DNA from: Alphaproteobacteria bacterium | Lineage (GTDB): Bacteria > Pseudomonadota > Alphaproteobacteria > SP197 | Direction of reading: 5' to 3' | DNA: 64,000 bases | Assembly (NCBI GenBank): GCA_964291265.2 | Contig: OZ219747.1 | Coordinates: forward strand, 96,001-160,000 | Shown here: positions 60,414 through 64,000 of the stretch, piece after piece | Position numbering within the stretch: the stretch's first letter is position 1 | How the letters are laid out: the number at the start of each line of letters is the position of its first letter | Made by a program: the position numbers and the translations under genes | Notes under the pieces: generated by a model | Seen by the model: the letters and a program-made list of their open reading frames with translations, nothing else | The model's database searches: none | Told to the model about the DNA's origin: nothing

Positions 60414-62332
60414 GTCGCGGTAGGGATGCGCATTGCTGCGCACCCCCCGCACAGATCCGGACATGGACGTTAATCCATCCGGCTCCTACCTCGGGTGCTT
60501 GACGGTAAACCGCTGGTCCGGCCATGGGTGGCGGATGGAGACGCGCGGCCAAAGAAGCTCGGTCATGCGCTCCAATCGCTTCCAGTCAAAGCAGTGGCGC
60601 TGGGAGCGGCGGCGGATCGCTCGCAGCCATAGGCGTTGCAGCCTTTGGCGGAACGTGCGCAGCCATCGGGTCGACCCCGGAACGGCGAAGTAGTTGGACC
60701 AGCCATTGACAACTCGCCCAAGCCACATGCCGACCTCCCATATGTCGTGATGCCGTCGATTGCGAAGCACCTCCTCGATGCGCGCCAGGGTCCTTGCGAC
60801 CCGTTTTGCGACCGGCTTGCGACCAAGCCTGAAGCGTCCTCTCCGGGTCTCCGTGCAGAAGTGCGTGAAGCCCAGGAAGTCGAACGTCTCCGGCCTGCCC
60901 GCCCCGCGAGATCGCCGGTTCGCCTTGGCAAACCGTCCAAACTCAACGAGACGGGTCTTGTCCGGGTGAAGGGTGAGACCAAAGCGGTCCAGCCTCTCCC
61001 GAACGTCGCGAAGGTATGTCTCCGCATCCCGCTTATGCTGGAACCCGACCACAATATCGTCCGCGTAGCGGACAATGATCGCTTTACCGTTCGGAACCTT
61101 CGGACGCCATGCCTTGTGAAACCACAGATCGAGCACGTAGTGCAGAAACACGTTCGCCAGGCAGGGGCTGACAATGGCGCCCTGAGGCGTGCCCGCACCG
61201 GTGTCGCTCCATGATCCGTCGGTCATGACGCCAGCGTTCAGCCACTTGCGGATCAGACGGATCACCCGCCTGTCGCCAATGCGATGCTCCAGGAACTTGA
61301 TCAACCAATCCCTCGGGATTGTGTCGAAGTACCCCTGAATGTCCGCGTCGACTATCCAGTTGACCTTGCGCCGCTCGATCCCGAACGCCAGGGCGTCGAG
61401 AGCGTCATGCGCCCCTCGGCCCGGTCGGAACCCGTAGCTGAAGCCAAGGAACTCCACCTCATAAATCGGTGTCAGGATCACATCCACAACCGCCTTCTGG
61501 ACGATCTTGTCCTCCAGTGCGGCAATCCCGAGCGGTCGTGTCCCGCCGTCCGGCTTGGGTATCTCAACCCGCCGAACCGGCGGCGCCCGGTACGCTCCCC
61601 CACGATGCAGGCGCGAGTGCAGATCAAGCAAGCGCTCGTCCAGACCCTCGCCATACGCCGCCCACGTCACGCCGTCGACACCTGCCGAGGCTTCCTTCTT
61701 CAAACCGAAGTAGGCCGCCCGGAGCGCGTCCGGCGTAATGTGATGGAAGAGTGCAGTGAGACGCTCCTTCGGGTTCCTCTCTGCAGCTTCCCGTATCCGG
61801 TCCGCCGCCTGTGGCACACTTGCCCGACACTGCGTTCGGTGCGTGCTTTGGCGTCCCGGATTCCCCTTGGTTGAGGCCCTTTCCTCCAGCGACTCCGCAG
61901 AAGCTGACGCTCCCTTGTTCGCCGCCTTCACCGGTCTTACGGCCCCATCCGACTTCTTCAAACCGTTCCTCATAGGCTTCGGCTTTCTCCTTTCCCTACA
62001 CGGTCCCGCCACGACAGGCGGGATAGTTCGAAGACCTCCCAGGGTCCCAACAGAAGGCGTGCGGACGTGCATGGGTTCTCCGACACCGCGGGGCTCGCCG
62101 ACATCTCACCAAATCGATGCCTGCGATGTTGCCTTCGACCGATGCGAAAGCCTCGGCACCCCGAACAACGGACTTTTCGGTGCTCATTAGCCCTGCCCAT
62201 CCGTACCGCTACCGACGCTTCGCCTGCCCCCTCGCGGGAACCGACGCACGGCTCGCGGAGAAACGTGGTTTGGTTACTCCTTCGTTTCAGGGGACTTTCA
62301 CCCCCTACCTTCCGCCAGTTCGCCTGGCACAC
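60414..62332 (-). mobile_element. Group II intron, apparently full length
   Basis: 5' GTGTG at 62332; domain V GAGCCGGATG..CATGTCCGGATC and domain VI ending CTACCGCGAC at 60414; removal restores the transposase frame. Confidence 0.92.
60486..61973 (-). CDS. ltrA: Group II intron reverse transcriptase/maturase lacking an endonuclease domain
   Basis: AGVDG, IPKPDG.RPLGI, SYGFRPGR, DADI..YFD, GTPQG, RYADD, FDFLGF, GWSNYF; ends HPWP with no HNH domain. Confidence 0.95.
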   Translation of the reverse strand: MRNGLKKSDGAVRPVKAANKGASASAESLEERASTKGNPGRQSTHRTQCRASVPQAADRIREAAERNPKERLTALFHHITPDALRAAYFGLKKEASAGVDGVTWAAYGEGLDERLLDLHSRLHRGGAYRAPPVRRVEIPKPDGGTRPLGIAALEDKIVQKAVVDVILTPIYEVEFLGFSYGFRPGRGAHDALDALAFGIERRKVNWIVDADIQGYFDTIPRDWLIKFLEHRIGDRRVIRLIRKWLNAGVMTDGSWSDTGAGTPQGAIVSPCLANVFLHYVLDLWFHKAWRPKVPNGKAIIVRYADDIVVGFQHKRDAETYLRDVRERLDRFGLTLHPDKTRLVEFGRFAKANRRSRGAGRPETFDFLGFTHFCTETRRGRFRLGRKPVAKRVARTLARIEEVLRNRRHHDIWEVGMWLGRVVNGWSNYFAVPGSTRWLRTFRQRLQRLWLRAIRRRSQRHCFDWKRLERMTELLWPRVSIRHPWPDQRFTVKHPR

Positions 62333-63156
62333 CGCATCCAGTCCCTCAAGGCCTCGGGGCGCTCGCAGAAGGCCTGGCTGTGGACCGCGGTCAGCGCCGA
62401 CTCCGTCTTCTTCCTTATCGACCCGTCACGCAGCACCCGGGTGGCCATGGTGCTGTTCGCCTCCACCGAAGGCACCGTCTTCCTTGTCTGCGATCGCTAC
62501 GTGGTCTACAGGAAACTGGAGCGTGAGCTTGATGGCAAGGTGATCCTCTGCCTTTGCTGGGCGCACTCCAGGCGCGATGTGATCGAGGCTGCGGCAGGCC
62601 AAGAGGGGCTGGAAGAGTGGTGCGACAAGTGGCTCGACAGGATCGCGCTGATCTACACACTGAATGGGCAACGGCTGAAGCACTACGATCCCGCACGCAA
62701 GCGTCAGTCAGCGAGGTTCAATGCCCTGCAGAAGGACCTTCGTGCGGCTGTCGAGGCGCTGTTCAGGCAGGCTCAGGAGGAACTCGACGCCTTGCCCGAG
62801 GGTGCACGCGAAGCGAAGCCCTTGCGTTCCCTGATCCGTCACCGCGAGGGACTGTGCGTCTTTGTCGACCATCCCCAGGTGCCCATGGACAACAACTTTG
62901 CCGAGAGAGCCCTCCGGGGTGCGGTGACCGCGAGAAAGCTGAGCTTCGGCTCCGACAGCGAGGAAGGCGCCGCCTTCACCGCCATCATGTACTCGGTCAT
63001 CGGCACCCTTGCCATGAACAACATCAATGTTCGGCGCTGGCTTCATGAGTGGCTTGAGGCCTGCGCGCAGAACGGCGGCAAGCCGCCGGATGACCTCGAC
63101 CCGTGGCTGCCATGGTCGATGACCCCGGAGCGTCGAAGGGACCTCATGGAACCGGG

Positions 63157-63430
63157 GTGATCGAGTGCCGTTACGACGGCCGTGACTTCACCGCGCACGA
63201 GATGGCGCTGTTGCGCTCCCTGATCACCCAGCACCCCACCCGTGCGGCCATCGCCCGCGCCTTCTGCCGCGAGACCGGCTGATACAAGCCCGACGGGGCC
63301 TCAAGAACATGATGGCGAATGTCGCCTTTCTGGCCATGCACCGCGACGGCCTCATCACCCTGCCGCCACCCCAACGACGAGCAACCCGACCCGGACCCAT
63401 CGTCTTCGGACCCAACAGCGAACCGCCACG
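63157..63430 (+). pseudogene. DUF4338-associated N-terminal HTH-like ORF remnant inside IS66
   Basis: RYDGRDFT..RAAIARAFCRETG*YKPDG / LKNMMANVAFLAMHRDGLITLPPP; one stop and one frameshift; resembles the N-terminus of the 11335 protein. Confidence 0.65.
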
Positions 63431-64000
63431 TGGTGCGCCTCCCAAACGCATCCTCAACCGGTGAATATCACCAACAATCACCGCGTGGCCGAACGCTTAC
63501 GCGTGCGCAAGCGCATGCTCAGACATCCTGACCTCGTGAGCTGACTTGATCAGTCCGTCCCCACTTTTTCCCAGCACAATGAACGATTTGCCCGGTGTTG
63601 TGCTTGACAGCACCGTCCCGTTGCGGTCCAATATGATATGATGCCAGTTATGGGATGATCCCGGCCCTGAACACGCCCGCGATGCACCCGCCTGAAGCCC
63701 TCCTGATCAGAACCGCGTGCTTCGGGAGCGATTCTCATACGGAGTAATTTTGTTTAATGTTTCCCAAGTGTTTCATCATATGGACCATGCCGCCGTCCTT
63801 CCCGGAAACATCTATGTAAGTGCCTCATAAATGGCTTTTTTACAGTCATCGGAACACCTTTGAACCAATAGTGATGATGAAACGTAGCCATGATAGCAAC
63901 CACCGGTATGGGTCAAATTAAGTCCGAATATGCGTCCAATTCCTGAATTTTGATACAGCACTCAGAACAACGTGGGCAGATACTCGGCAGAGTGCGTACG

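Larger units (their letters stand above)
59818..63160 (+). pseudogene. IS66 transposase (TnpC-like), interrupted by the intron and internally deleted
   Basis: Coiled coil + FGSKSEK + RGQQPG..GH; HGDETSW|RIQ across the intron; CDRY, CWAHSRR, DNNFAERALR; zinc-finger region absent near 60365. Confidence 0.85.
59732..63500 (+). mobile_element. IS66-family element with 8-bp TSD GCGTGCGC, carrying a group II intron
   Basis: IRs GTAAGCGTTCGGCC / GGCCGAACGCTTAC; GCGTGCGC at 59724-59731 and 63501-63508. Confidence 0.93.

Noticed and set aside
60486-61973. Reverse transcriptase as a retron, DGR or defence RT
   Set aside because: It lies inside clear group II intron boundaries with domains V/VI and has a maturase-type C-terminus.
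63550-64000. AT-rich tail with a weak domain V-like stretch near 63700-63742
   Set aside because: Pairing and catalytic triad not convincing; no ORF can be supported before the window ends.

Overview
High-GC bacterial chromosomal window, probably an alphaproteobacterium (inferred from the mdh-sucCD-sucAB-lpdA / xerC-fsa-priA block). The backbone carries amine, osmolyte and sulfonate catabolism (polyamine-type SBP, frameshifted N,N-dimethylformamidase-like gene, ALDH, ackA/xsc, speB, two GcvT-family dehydrogenases, non-Pyl MttB, Rieske oxygenase), a tungsten-type aldehyde oxidoreductase operon and the TCA operon. Mobile DNA is dense: a DUF4338-fused IS50/Tn5-like element with a 9-bp target duplication, a group II intron relic, three IS1634-type units stacked at CTAG sites, an IS66 (8-bp TSD) with an intact group II intron inserted antisense next to its DET motif, and IS66 end remnants. 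The best candidate for an undescribed system is the AT-richer island at ~23.1-31.1 kb: FitA-like RHH gene with a palindromic operator, ParB/Srx-like protein A, small PD-(D/E)XK-like protein, SNF2 helicase, ParB/Srx-like protein B, radical SAM enzyme and GHKL/MORC-type ATPase. I infer a DNA-modification or anti-phage system that I cannot match to a named one. All calls come from motif recognition by eye; no searches were run.
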